Shown in pieces: positions 35,318 through 45,696 of a DNA stretch of 64,000 nt. The notes beneath the pieces were generated by a model. The model was given only the letters and a program-made list of their open reading frames with translations. It did not search any database and was not told where the DNA came from. Each line of letters opens with the position of its first letter. Position 1 is the stretch's first letter. A program made the translations under genes and the position numbers. Origin of the DNA: Mantamonas sphyraenae STR306 (lineage: Eukaryota; Protista; CRuMs); NCBI GenBank assembly GCA_026936335.1, contig JAPMXV010000031.1, positions 186,001 to 250,000 of the forward strand, written 5' to 3'.

Positions 35318-36984
35318 ATGGCCAGCCACTACCGCACTGCCGCCTCAATTCTGGCCAAGCTGGAACACAAAAACGGCGCCGGCATTCGTTCACTGGTGTT
35401 TGATGCCCATGTCCAGAACAAGAAGCTCACCATGGCCCTGGTGAAGCAGACACAGAAGTGTGCGTGATGTGCTGCCCATCCCTTACATGGACTCCCCACC
35501 TCACACCCGTTCTGCCACGTGATCCATACACACACGCACACACAGACAAACCGGCCATAGAGGCGTTGGTGTGCGAGGCAGGCCTGGAAGAGAGGCGGAA
35601 AGGTGTAAAGCCAGTGCAGCTGTTCGATGTGATGGTGTACGACGTGCTGTTTGGAAAGGGCAAGCTGCAAGGCGGAGGCAAAGCAAAGCGAAAGGTGGCG
35701 GAATGCGTGGAGGCGCTGAGGGAGGCCATGGAGCACGTGGATGTGCAGGCGTTGGTCTCGGAGGGCGACGAGCATGCGTTGCCGCGCTATGCACGCGTCA
35801 ACCTGCTGCTCACGACCGTGGAGGGGACCATCGAGTGGCTGGAGGGCAAAGAGGAGTGGACACGTGTGGACGGCGTGGAGCAAGTCATTGCTGCAGCGGC
35901 ACAGGCGACGGAAAACAAGGCTGCGAACCGGATCTTTTGCCTGGACACACACCTGGACCACTTGCTTGTGTTCCCCCCGGGCACAGATCTGCACGACCAC
36001 CCGTTGGTGGAAAACGCGTGGCTCATTCTGCAGGACAAGGCCAGTTGCCTGCCTGCGGTTGTGCTTCAGCCACCGGCAGACACGGTCGTCCTGGATGCAT
36101 GTGCTGCTCCGGGCAACAAGACGAGCCATGTGAGCAGCCTCATGGCAAACACAGGACGTGTGTTGGCGTTTGACAAGTCTGCCCGCAGACTGGATTTGCT
36201 CAAGCGGCTGACGTCAAAAGCCGGAGCGGAGAACATCGAGGCTTTGTGTCAGGATTTCCTCACCGTCGACGTAAACTCACGGCCATACTGCGATGTCACT
36301 CATGTGGTGTGTGATCCATCCTGCTCGGGATCAGGGATGGTGGCCCACGACGAGTTGCAAGGGCAGCATGACAAGAAACGACTGCGGGCCTTGGCCAACT
36401 TTCAGTACCAGGTCGTCGCACACGCCATGACGTTGCCCAGTGTACAACGCATTGTGTACTCCACCTGCTCGGTGTATGAGGAGGAGAATGAGCAGGTTGT
36501 ACTGCGCCTGCTGCGAAGATGGGGCGGGCACTTTCGGCTCGTCCCGGCTACTCTGGCCGCCCCCTGGCCCCACCGAGGCCATCTGGTCAAAGGACTCACC
36601 AAACAGCAATCGGAGTGTTTGTTGCGCGCAGACATTCGTCGCGACGCCACAATTGGCTTCTTTGTGGCGTTGTTTGAGCGCAAGCCGGTCGCAAAGCGCC
36701 CGCGATCGCCTCCTCTTACAAGGAGCCCTGGACAAGACAGTGACGATGAGGACGAAGGGGAACTCGTGATCTCCACGGAAACCTCTACGGAGGACATCGA
36801 CAACACACATCACGGTGATAAAGAGGTCGATTCGTCGCAGGCAAGCAGCGCGGACCTGCCTGACACGCAAACAGCTTCAACACGGACACATGCTCCACGT
36901 ACGGACAATCGTGATGAGCTGCGGTCTGACAGTGCTGCAAAGAAGCGCAGGAAGCGTCGGAAGAAGGTGGCTCGGTTGAGGTGA
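35318..36984 (+). CDS. NSUN5: LSU rRNA m5C methyltransferase (NSUN5/Rcm1)
   Basis: LPRYARVN, LILQDKASCLPA, DACAAPGNKTSH, DPSCSGSG, VYSTCS...ENE, GFFVALFER; one intron after the MASHYRTAAS...TQK exon. Confidence 0.9.
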
Positions 36985-37619
36985 AAAAAAACGCGACAGG
37001 TTTTCGAAGCGTGCCGCCCTCGCTCGCAAACATCAAAATCATTCGCAAGTGAGTTCAAGACATGCACCGAGGAACACGCCCAGAGAGACCTATGCATCCA
37101 CATAAACGCAAGGGAGTGTGCTGCAAACCCTTTGCACATCTCCTTCTGCATGGACGGAGGGCGAGTTTGTCGCATTTGCAGAAGAACTTTCGCGGCCCAA
37201 ACGTTGCTTGTTCCATGGCCCGCATTTTGAGCAATCCGTGGTGTCCCTCGTGTTCACTTCGTGCATGTCGTTGTGTATTCACCACACAGTCAGCACACAC
37301 TGTTTGTTTTCCTCCCGCCTGTTTGTTCTGAAGCCAAGCAGCCTCGGCGGAACGACTGGGTGCAAAATCGGTTCCCTCCGTGCCTGCAGCTGCACTGCAA
37401 AAAGCCACCATCGTACATGGATCCACACCTCGTCCGTCACAGTGAAGATGTGCTCCACAGTCATCGCAAAGTCATCTGGAGGTGGTGATATGTGCATAGG
37501 GTGTACTCTGGGCCCGTATGGTGCTTGGAGAGGGCAGAGCACCAGAGAGATTTTTTTCCTTCGCTTTTTCTCGGGTTTGCAAACTCACCCGAACAAACCC
37601 ACCTTTTCTTTGCGCAGCA

Positions 37620-40600
37620 ATGGATGCTCGAAGAAACTCCACCGCAAGCAGTGGGGACTTCGATCTACAAGGAACTTCGATGGGCGCCGCCAAAGCCCAG
37701 GGGAAGCAGCAGATGTCCTTTGCCATCTCGGGCCACAGGAGTTGGCTGCGCCGGCTTTCCGGATTCCTCCAAGCAAGCAAGCAGTCGACTTTCCGCGTGG
37801 TGTTTCTCCTCATGAAGGTGGACAAGATCAACTTGACGCCTCTCCTGTACCTCTCGCTCCTGGTCGAGCACCTGCAGTTCTTGGTCTTCTTCCTGTCGCC
37901 ACAGCTCGTGCCCGCGGCGATGCAGGCCGATCCGTCCTACAAACCGCTGCGCGACCTCACGCTGGCCTTCAACGTGACCACCTTTCTTAGCAGTGCCGCC
38001 GATGTGTGGACGATGTACTGGTTTGTGGCTATTTGGATGATGACGATGGTCGTTCTTCTGGTCTACCTCGTCATTGCCGTCCACAGGGACGCCTACATCT
38101 TTGTCTGGGTGCTCAAGATCCTCCGGGTGTCTGTCGGCCTCACCTCCAGCGTCCTGTACCTTCCCTTTCTGCGTACGATGGTGATGTCCATATTTATGGC
38201 GCCCGCCACAGCGGGCTCTTCTGTGCTGGCCATTTTCTGCGTCTGCGTTCTTTTTGCCGTCGCCTCGGTGTCCAAGCTGATGTACTTTGAGACTTCTTAC
38301 AACAGTGCGGTTGCCACCGCTCGTTCACATGGCCGTGTGGACTTTGCCTGGATCCTGGTCAGGACGCTTCTGGTTCTTCTCTACCCCATTGTCAGCGCCC
38401 TTGCACTGCCGGCCCAAACCATGTCCATTGTCCTCGGCGTCGCCCTCATCCTCGTCTCTGTGCTCATGGTCGCCTTGCGCCTGTTCTTTCTCCCGTTCTA
38501 CATGCGTGCCACCAACGAGCTTGTGGTCAGCTTGGCCGCCGCGTTGGTCTGGTGCAGCGTCGTCAGTCTCGTGGCTGTCTTTGTGCCCACCATGGGCTTT
38601 GGCACAATCTCCATGATGCTTCTCATTGGCTCCCTGGCCACTGTGGCTTTGGCATGGGGTGGCACGCGTGTTTTCTTCAAGACGTACTTTCTCGACGCCC
38701 TGCGCACCCCGGTGCCCCAGATCGAGTGGGGTCCTAACGGCGACCTCGTCGTCTACGTGCAACACTCCCACAAGCAGAAAGCCAAGCTGCGCGAGCGTGA
38801 CTACGCTGCAGCAATCTCCAACACCGACGACGGCATCAAGAGGACGCCGGCGGTGCGAACGGGCTTCGATGCCCTGGACATCTCGCGCGACATGTCAGCC
38901 ACCCACAACACCGGAGGTTCTGGGGCCGCTGCAGGCGACGACGGCTCAGCCAATCTGCACGACAGCTCCGCGGGCGCTGGCAGTGGCAACGAGAGTGGCA
39001 CCGCGCAACAGCGGGTTGTGTCAAACCTGGTCAATCGCAACTTTGCGCGTCTGCACATCGAGGCCGGGCCTCGCTCCTCCGACATGGTGTACATCAACGG
39101 CAGTCCCTTGCGTCTGCTGTCGCCCATGCATGCGGAAGTGTTTGCACGTGTGCTGATGCACGATCGCAGCCGCGACGTCGTCCACAACGTGCGCAACTTT
39201 TTCGAGGCCGCCCTTCAGCTCTACCCGCGCAGTGGGCCTCTGATCCTTGCCTACGCACGCTTTCTGGAGAGCCAGGCCAGCAACAGCAAGGCGCAGCAGG
39301 ACGTGGTCGCTCTGTACGAGCGCATCGAACGCCTGGACGACCTCGCCTTTGACATCGAATTCTTCTGCTTTGCCGCCCTGCGGATCCGCAAACGCAAGTC
39401 TGTGGCCATGGCACTGGCGTCGGATGAGGAGGATGCTCGCGATATCGGCGTGGTTGCCCACCTCGAGTTGCAGCAGAATCTGAGTCGTGCGCGCAATTTC
39501 CACTTTCGCGCCCTCAAGCAGCTCCACTCCTTCTGGCAGATGCTGCTTGCCGACGAGGTGAACCTGCACCTGTTGCAAACCTGCATGCACCGCATCGTCA
39601 ACGCCCAGAAGTCGGCCAACGCTGCGTTCTCCGCCCTGTTGCAGCAGTATCCAAAGGCACCCAGCATCCTTAGAGCCTACGGTCGCTTTGTCAAGGAGGT
39701 GCGCAGCGACGCAGCGACGGCGCAAAACTTTCTGCGCCTGGCGGAGCAGTACGAACAACAGCAGCAGGCGCAGATGCGCACCAACTCGAGCAACATGGGC
39801 GAGGAGTTCTCCCAGCTCAAGGTCAAGACGATGATGACGCTGGCCGTCAACACCAGCGGCACCATCAAGGCAGCACGCAACCTAGGCCTGTTGGCATACA
39901 GCGAAGACGAGCTCATCGACACCAACCTGGGTGAGATCGTCCCGCACACTCCGGTTCTCGAAAACGCCATGGGACTGCTCAACATGGTCAAGGTGGGCTC
40001 CCAGGAGGTCATGGTCATGGATCGCAAGGACCAGGCTCTGTTGATGGAAGTCAACACAACCCATCTGCAGGTGGCAGCCGCCTCTGTCGACGTGCGCTCC
40101 TTCTTCCAGCAGCAGCAGCTGTTCAGCGTCAAGCTGTCCATCCACAAGGAGTGGCAGGAGCCCATTCTGTTTGCCACCATGCCCGTGGACAACCTGGACG
40201 CCGCCGATGACGACCGCGACGGCGACGTGCCGGACAGCCGGTCTCAAACCAGTGGCCTTGGCCGATCTGCATCAGCGTCCGCATTCTTGTTTGACGCCGC
40301 CCCGAAGTCCATTGTGGTCGGCATGACCAAAAACCTGCGCGCCATCCTCAAGCTGCGCATCAAAGACGTGTACGGGTGCAACCTGTCCGACCTGCTGGAG
40401 GACCAGGATGCCATGTACGACCGATCCGGCGCGCTGTTGAACTCCTCCTCCTCCACCTCATCCTCCTCCTCTGTCACGGGCAATGGCACCAGTGGCCCCG
40501 AGTCTCTGTCTGCGGTCATCCAACGCATGGCTCGCGACCTTAGCGGCAGTGGCAGCGGCAGCGGTGGCTTCAACAGCGTGTCACGCGGCGAGGTGGTGCC

Positions 40601-43600
40601 GCTGCGTCTCAAGACACGTGCAGGCTACGTGTCTGCCTCTGCACTGGTCAAAGCCATGCCATTGCAGAATCTGGCCATGATTCGCCTGGGCAAGATCGAA
40701 CGTGTGGTGCACCACACCAACGGCGGCTTTGCCAGCCCCAGCCGCTCTGGCGCCATCAGCCCTGCGTCTCACCGCTCTGTGCGCTCCGCCATGCGCAGGC
40801 GTGACTCGCTGGCGTCTTCCAGTCGCTTGCAATTCAGCACTCCGTACGGCCACGAGGGACGGGGCAGCGCAGGCCAAAGTCGCACGAGCAGCCCGCCTCG
40901 CATGCGTTCGCCTCCGCGTCGATCCCTGGACGACGGCGCAGTGCTCATGGAAACCCTGCATGAGCAGGAAAGCGAACACGCGATGGATCGGGAGCAGGAA
41001 CGTGTGGTGGAGCAGCAGTCGGAGCCAACCGAGCGTGCTGGTGCCAGGCGAACGGATGCACCTCAGAACGCACAGCGAGGCCAACGTAGCAACGGACGCC
41101 AGCGAAACCAGCGCAACAATGACACCACTTCAAGTACCAACAGCAACAGCAACAGCAACAGCAACAACAACAACAGCAACAGCAACACTGAGCAAGCAGA
41201 CGCCACCGCCACGACAGCAACCGCCACCTCCAACACCAACGAAGACGTGTCCCGCGGCACATTGTCACCCGTGGGTGTCTCTGGCTCCATGAGTGATGCC
41301 AGCGATGGCCTGTCGGACGGCGGCGCAGTATCCACAGGCGCAGGCGCAGGTGGCCCCATGGTCACTGCAGATCACCAATCGGCGGTCGTGTTGCAACAAG
41401 CCATCAAAACAATCACGTCTCGACCAGCCAACGCACGACGCGTCGCTGGTGGTGGTGGTGGCGGCGGAGGAGGAGGAGGATTGGCACGCGGCGCTCGCAA
41501 CAACAGCGAGGATTCGTCGCGACGAGTGTCCGATTCGTCGGGATCGGGTGACTCGTCGGGCCATTCGTCGGGATCGTCGGGCACCATGGGTGTGCGTCGA
41601 CGCATCAAGAACATGCGAGACAAGCTGAGTGACGAGTCGTCGGACAGCATGACATCGGGCAGCGTCAAACAGCTGCGCAGGGTTGTCTACGTCGTGTTGG
41701 CTCTCCTCTTTGTCTCTCTCGTCAGCAACTACGTGGCCCAGGAGTCATTCCTCTCCCAGGCCGAAAACAAGCTGGTCGCCGTCTCCGACGTTGGCCGCCT
41801 GCCCGTCATCGCCAGCGAGGCTGGCTACCAAGGTCAGCTTCTGGATCTTCGACTGCGCAAACTACGTCTCACCACTTTGTTGAACGATTACCGGACAGCC
41901 AACGCCACCTACGGGGCCAATTCCACGCAAGCCAGCACCATTGTCACGCGAATGCGATTGTGGACTCCGTTTGGTGAGGAGACGGACGTGTATGTCGTGG
42001 AAGTGAGTGCCCTTTTGTCGAACCGCGATTTTGACAACAACCGCAAGGCCATCGACGAACTGCGTGAGTTGTTCAACACCGTGCACAAGAAGACGGTGGT
42101 GAAGAACAGCGTCCTGAACAAGGCCGAAAACCTGCAGCTTCTGGCCATCGACCAGAACGTGGACATCAAGGTGGAAGCCACGGGACAAGAGGACAGGCGT
42201 GCCATGTCCTTGCGTGACATGGGCTTTGAGTTCACCGCTGGCCTGGACTTTATGAGCAGCCTCAACCTGACTGTTCAGGACACCCTGGGTGTGGACACCA
42301 TTGAGGAGTATGCACCATGCTACTTTGTGCTCAAGAACGCAGAGAACAACATGATTGCAGCATCCAAGAAGGCCATTGCCGTCGTGGAAAGCAGTGCACG
42401 CTCTGCCGCGGCTGAGGTGAATGTGATCAGTGGCACCACACTGTCCATTGCCGTGGTCGTGGTCGTGTGTCTCATGTGGCTGACCTTCCGTCCCGTTGTG
42501 ACCCACATTGCCATGGAGAACCACTTTACGCTCGAGACCTTCCTGGACATCCCTCGCCGGTCCATTGTGACCATGGTCAACCGCTACCGACGTCTCATCC
42601 TGGCCCTGGAGGAGGAAACACGCATGGTCGACGACGGCGACGGCGACGGCGGTGCCATGGACGAGGACGAGCTGTCGGTGGGCGAAGCCGCCGAACGCGC
42701 TTCGGTGGCCTTTTCCGAAACCAGCAAGTCACAGAAGAGCCAGGACAACGGCGAAAGGAAAAGCAAGGGACAAGGAAGCAGTGCCAGTGGCGGCGGCTCG
42801 GAACGCGATGGCAGCAGTTTGCACGACTCTTCGGCGGGAAGTGACACGGGCAGCACAGGAAAGAAGAAGCGCAAGAAGAAGAAGAGTGGACGCAGTCATC
42901 ACAGGCGTCTTGTGCAGGGACGTGGAGATGTGGTGACCAACAGCATGCACACACGCTACGTGGTTGCGTTTGTGGCCTTCTTGGCCATTGCCGTCACCTC
43001 GTTCCTCGTTGTGTCCGACTCTCAGACTCGCATGCAGGGCGTGCGGGCCATGATCAACAAGCTGGGCAGCACGCACGACCGCGCTTCGCAGGTGCCCCTT
43101 TTTGTCACCAAACTCGTCACCTCGCACACACGCGACCTCTACAATGTCAGCCACTCGCAATTGCTGACCACCAAACTCAACCTACGAGCACGTTACGCCG
43201 AGCTGTTGAAACTCAGCGACGAGGCAGGTCGAAGTGCGGCGATGGAGGCATTTTTCTTTGAGACAAATCTGTGTACGGTGTTCCAGTGCGACCACGAGGA
43301 CGAAACCAAGCTGGGGGCTTCTGGATTGCACAACCTTATGCGACAGTTCATGGACTTGACCGAAGACATTCTGGAGATCGATCGTAGCGTGAGAGTGTCG
43401 TTCCAAACACGAGGGGTCACGACGATTCTGCGTGTGTACGATGGCTTGGTGTGGCCTGCGCTGCGTCGGTTGGATCTCATGCTGCGCACAGAGGCACAGG
43501 CGTTGGAGGTGGAGGGTCGCAACGTAGGTCTGGCTCTCATGTTCTGCGGTATTCTTGTGCTGATTCTGGATCTGGTGCTCATCTTCACCCCGATGATGAC

Positions 43601-45656
43601 CGTGCTCAACTCGCAAGCCAAGCACGTGGAACACATGTTCCTCATGATCCCACTGGAAACCCTCATCCAATTGCCGCACGTGCTCAAACTCTTGGGCATC
43701 GATGTCATCGGGTTGCAAGGCGCATTGCCCAACGCCGCCACGGCCAAGGGCAAGGGCGACGGTGAAGGTGGCAAGGGCACGGGTGACGTCACACAAGATG
43801 CAGTCGACGCCTGGGTCAACGAACAGCTGGAGGTGGGCGAGGGTTCCTCGGGTGAGTCATCCGAGTCGAGTGTCAAGGATGTGGGCGTGATGGAAGTGGC
43901 AGCCGCAGCCACCGCGACAATGGGTGGTGGGAACCCAGATACTGCAGTCTTGGCTTCCACGGAAGCCAGGGCGTTGGTGGAGGCTGTCAAGGCGGCGGAG
44001 GAGGTGGTCGGGGAGGTGGAAGGCAGTGGAGAGGAGGCGGCGGAGGCGGAGGAGGCACGACAACAGGAGGTGATGGCTGTGGGCATGCAACTGTTGCGAG
44101 ACGAGTTGAATCTGGACGAGCGTACGACGATTGGCAACACGAGCCGCGGAAAGGAGGTGGAGAAGGTGGAGATGGCTACGCTGGGACAAGGGAGGGCCAC
44201 AAAGCAGCAGCAGCAGCAGTCGCTGGAACCCGAACACGCAATTGACGTGGCATCCGTCGACGGAAGCAGCGTGGGGAGCGACGAAAGCAGTGACAGCGAG
44301 TCCGTCACGTGGAACAAGCGACTGGGAGAGCTGGTGAGCGACTTTCACGGGCTGTTGTCCGATCATCCCAAGCGACTTGCGCTGATCATGCTGGTGATCA
44401 ACATGGCGTGGTGGACGGCGATGGTGTTTGTGACGCCTGTTGAGCGTGTGATGGCCGTGCAGAGTGTGGACTCCATCACAAAGGCAATCACGCTGGTGGG
44501 CGGTTCCTTTGTGAGTAGTCTCAGTGCGCTGGGTGTCATCCCTGCAACCATGCCTGAGGTGCTGCTTCTGGGAAGCACTCGCCTGGGAGTGGTGCGGGAC
44601 ATCAACCTGCTTGCACACGCCATTGTGTTGCCCGCAAGTGTCCTGTACGGCTACCTGATCGGGTTCAAGGTGGATTCGGATGTGGTTGTGGCGTCGTTGT
44701 TGCCTGGCCTGGTGGGTGCAGCCATCGGCACAATGCTGCCTGCCAACGAGTTGCTCGTGGTGGTAGTTGCCTCGGCTGTGGTGGGCTTCCTCCTGGGCCA
44801 GGTTGTTGCCCTGTACCTGCTCGATGTGGATCTGTCGCAGGAGACGTCGCGCATCGACACACGCACCCGCGTGGAGATAGCTGTGCTGGCTCTGGTGGGC
44901 GGTGTGGCCACCTCTGCGTTGGGCACTGGCATGGGTGCTTTTCTGTACCTGTACATGACGCTGTATTTGCAGATGAAACAAGGCATCGCTGTGAACACAG
45001 CGTTGTGTGCGTTTGCTGCCAACAGCTTGGTGGCGCTGGCTTTCCGTCTGCTCAGTCCGGTGCCGCTCAGTTCCGATCTTGTGGACGTGGCAGTGTTTTC
45101 TGCCCCTCTCACTGTGCTCGCTGGCAACTTGGGCATCTTTCTGGGCGAGATGGTCAGCGACCAGATCATCCATGGTGTGGTGCTGCTCTCGTCTTTGGTG
45201 TTCTTTGTCGTCTCGGTCGCCGTCGTGGCAAGCCAGGACTACTCCGTGTTTGTCACCATCATGCTGCTGATCAACACAGGTGTGCTCAGCTACCTGCTGG
45301 CTGTCGGAGGAAACATCAGGAGTTCAACCATCCTGCTCATCGAAACCAAGGAGGGCAAGGACTTCATGATGCGCGTGCAGCGCGAACGACGTCGCCTGAA
45401 GAAGAAGGCCAAGAAGGAAAGGATCCAGAAGCGTCTGCAGCGGCAGGAGCGCAGGGACAGGTTGCTGCGCAAGGCCGAACAGGCCCGGTTGGAGCACGAG
45501 CAGCAGCAAGCCAAGAACGGCGCTTCCTCGGGCGGCAAGCGCGTGCGCATCGACCGCGCGGCGGCGGACGACCACCAAAGTAACAGCAGTGGAGGCAATG
45601 GTGCACGTCCAAGACGTGCTCGTGTGGGCGGATTCACAACAGGGAACGCAGATTGA
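37620..45656 (+). CDS. Giant TmcB/TmcC-like polytopic PAS-domain sensor with C-terminal TauE/SafE-like membrane domain
   Basis: N-terminal multi-TM block (ARSHGRVD, LPFY); TPR-like FWQMLL...QYPKAPSILRAYGRF; two PAS-like segments; disordered linker; two TM-loop-TM modules ending FRPVV...FLDIP and FTPMM...FLMIP; then ~9-10 more TMs resembling TauE. Single 8-kb exon. Confidence 0.75.
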   Translation: MDARRNSTASSGDFDLQGTSMGAAKAQGKQQMSFAISGHRSWLRRLSGFLQASKQSTFRVVFLLMKVDKINLTPLLYLSLLVEHLQFLVFFLSPQLVPAAMQADPSYKPLRDLTLAFNVTTFLSSAADVWTMYWFVAIWMMTMVVLLVYLVIAVHRDAYIFVWVLKILRVSVGLTSSVLYLPFLRTMVMSIFMAPATAGSSVLAIFCVCVLFAVASVSKLMYFETSYNSAVATARSHGRVDFAWILVRTLLVLLYPIVSALALPAQTMSIVLGVALILVSVLMVALRLFFLPFYMRATNELVVSLAAALVWCSVVSLVAVFVPTMGFGTISMMLLIGSLATVALAWGGTRVFFKTYFLDALRTPVPQIEWGPNGDLVVYVQHSHKQKAKLRERDYAAAISNTDDGIKRTPAVRTGFDALDISRDMSATHNTGGSGAAAGDDGSANLHDSSAGAGSGNESGTAQQRVVSNLVNRNFARLHIEAGPRSSDMVYINGSPLRLLSPMHAEVFARVLMHDRSRDVVHNVRNFFEAALQLYPRSGPLILAYARFLESQASNSKAQQDVVALYERIERLDDLAFDIEFFCFAALRIRKRKSVAMALASDEEDARDIGVVAHLELQQNLSRARNFHFRALKQLHSFWQMLLADEVNLHLLQTCMHRIVNAQKSANAAFSALLQQYPKAPSILRAYGRFVKEVRSDAATAQNFLRLAEQYEQQQQAQMRTNSSNMGEEFSQLKVKTMMTLAVNTSGTIKAARNLGLLAYSEDELIDTNLGEIVPHTPVLENAMGLLNMVKVGSQEVMVMDRKDQALLMEVNTTHLQVAAASVDVRSFFQQQQLFSVKLSIHKEWQEPILFATMPVDNLDAADDDRDGDVPDSRSQTSGLGRSASASAFLFDAAPKSIVVGMTKNLRAILKLRIKDVYGCNLSDLLEDQDAMYDRSGALLNSSSSTSSSSSVTGNGTSGPESLSAVIQRMARDLSGSGSGSGGFNSVSRGEVVPLRLKTRAGYVSASALVKAMPLQNLAMIRLGKIERVVHHTNGGFASPSRSGAISPASHRSVRSAMRRRDSLASSSRLQFSTPYGHEGRGSAGQSRTSSPPRMRSPPRRSLDDGAVLMETLHEQESEHAMDREQERVVEQQSEPTERAGARRTDAPQNAQRGQRSNGRQRNQRNNDTTSSTNSNSNSNSNNNNSNSNTEQADATATTATATSNTNEDVSRGTLSPVGVSGSMSDASDGLSDGGAVSTGAGAGGPMVTADHQSAVVLQQAIKTITSRPANARRVAGGGGGGGGGGGLARGARNNSEDSSRRVSDSSGSGDSSGHSSGSSGTMGVRRRIKNMRDKLSDESSDSMTSGSVKQLRRVVYVVLALLFVSLVSNYVAQESFLSQAENKLVAVSDVGRLPVIASEAGYQGQLLDLRLRKLRLTTLLNDYRTANATYGANSTQASTIVTRMRLWTPFGEETDVYVVEVSALLSNRDFDNNRKAIDELRELFNTVHKKTVVKNSVLNKAENLQLLAIDQNVDIKVEATGQEDRRAMSLRDMGFEFTAGLDFMSSLNLTVQDTLGVDTIEEYAPCYFVLKNAENNMIAASKKAIAVVESSARSAAAEVNVISGTTLSIAVVVVVCLMWLTFRPVVTHIAMENHFTLETFLDIPRRSIVTMVNRYRRLILALEEETRMVDDGDGDGGAMDEDELSVGEAAERASVAFSETSKSQKSQDNGERKSKGQGSSASGGGSERDGSSLHDSSAGSDTGSTGKKKRKKKKSGRSHHRRLVQGRGDVVTNSMHTRYVVAFVAFLAIAVTSFLVVSDSQTRMQGVRAMINKLGSTHDRASQVPLFVTKLVTSHTRDLYNVSHSQLLTTKLNLRARYAELLKLSDEAGRSAAMEAFFFETNLCTVFQCDHEDETKLGASGLHNLMRQFMDLTEDILEIDRSVRVSFQTRGVTTILRVYDGLVWPALRRLDLMLRTEAQALEVEGRNVGLALMFCGILVLILDLVLIFTPMMTVLNSQAKHVEHMFLMIPLETLIQLPHVLKLLGIDVIGLQGALPNAATAKGKGDGEGGKGTGDVTQDAVDAWVNEQLEVGEGSSGESSESSVKDVGVMEVAAAATATMGGGNPDTAVLASTEARALVEAVKAAEEVVGEVEGSGEEAAEAEEARQQEVMAVGMQLLRDELNLDERTTIGNTSRGKEVEKVEMATLGQGRATKQQQQQSLEPEHAIDVASVDGSSVGSDESSDSESVTWNKRLGELVSDFHGLLSDHPKRLALIMLVINMAWWTAMVFVTPVERVMAVQSVDSITKAITLVGGSFVSSLSALGVIPATMPEVLLLGSTRLGVVRDINLLAHAIVLPASVLYGYLIGFKVDSDVVVASLLPGLVGAAIGTMLPANELLVVVVASAVVGFLLGQVVALYLLDVDLSQETSRIDTRTRVEIAVLALVGGVATSALGTGMGAFLYLYMTLYLQMKQGIAVNTALCAFAANSLVALAFRLLSPVPLSSDLVDVAVFSAPLTVLAGNLGIFLGEMVSDQIIHGVVLLSSLVFFVVSVAVVASQDYSVFVTIMLLINTGVLSYLLAVGGNIRSSTILLIETKEGKDFMMRVQRERRRLKKKAKKERIQKRLQRQERRDRLLRKAEQARLEHEQQQAKNGASSGGKRVRIDRAAADDHQSNSSGGNGARPRRARVGGFTTGNAD

Positions 45657-45696
45657 GCAGAGAGTTGCAGAGATTGAGGGAAGAGTTGGAAATTCA

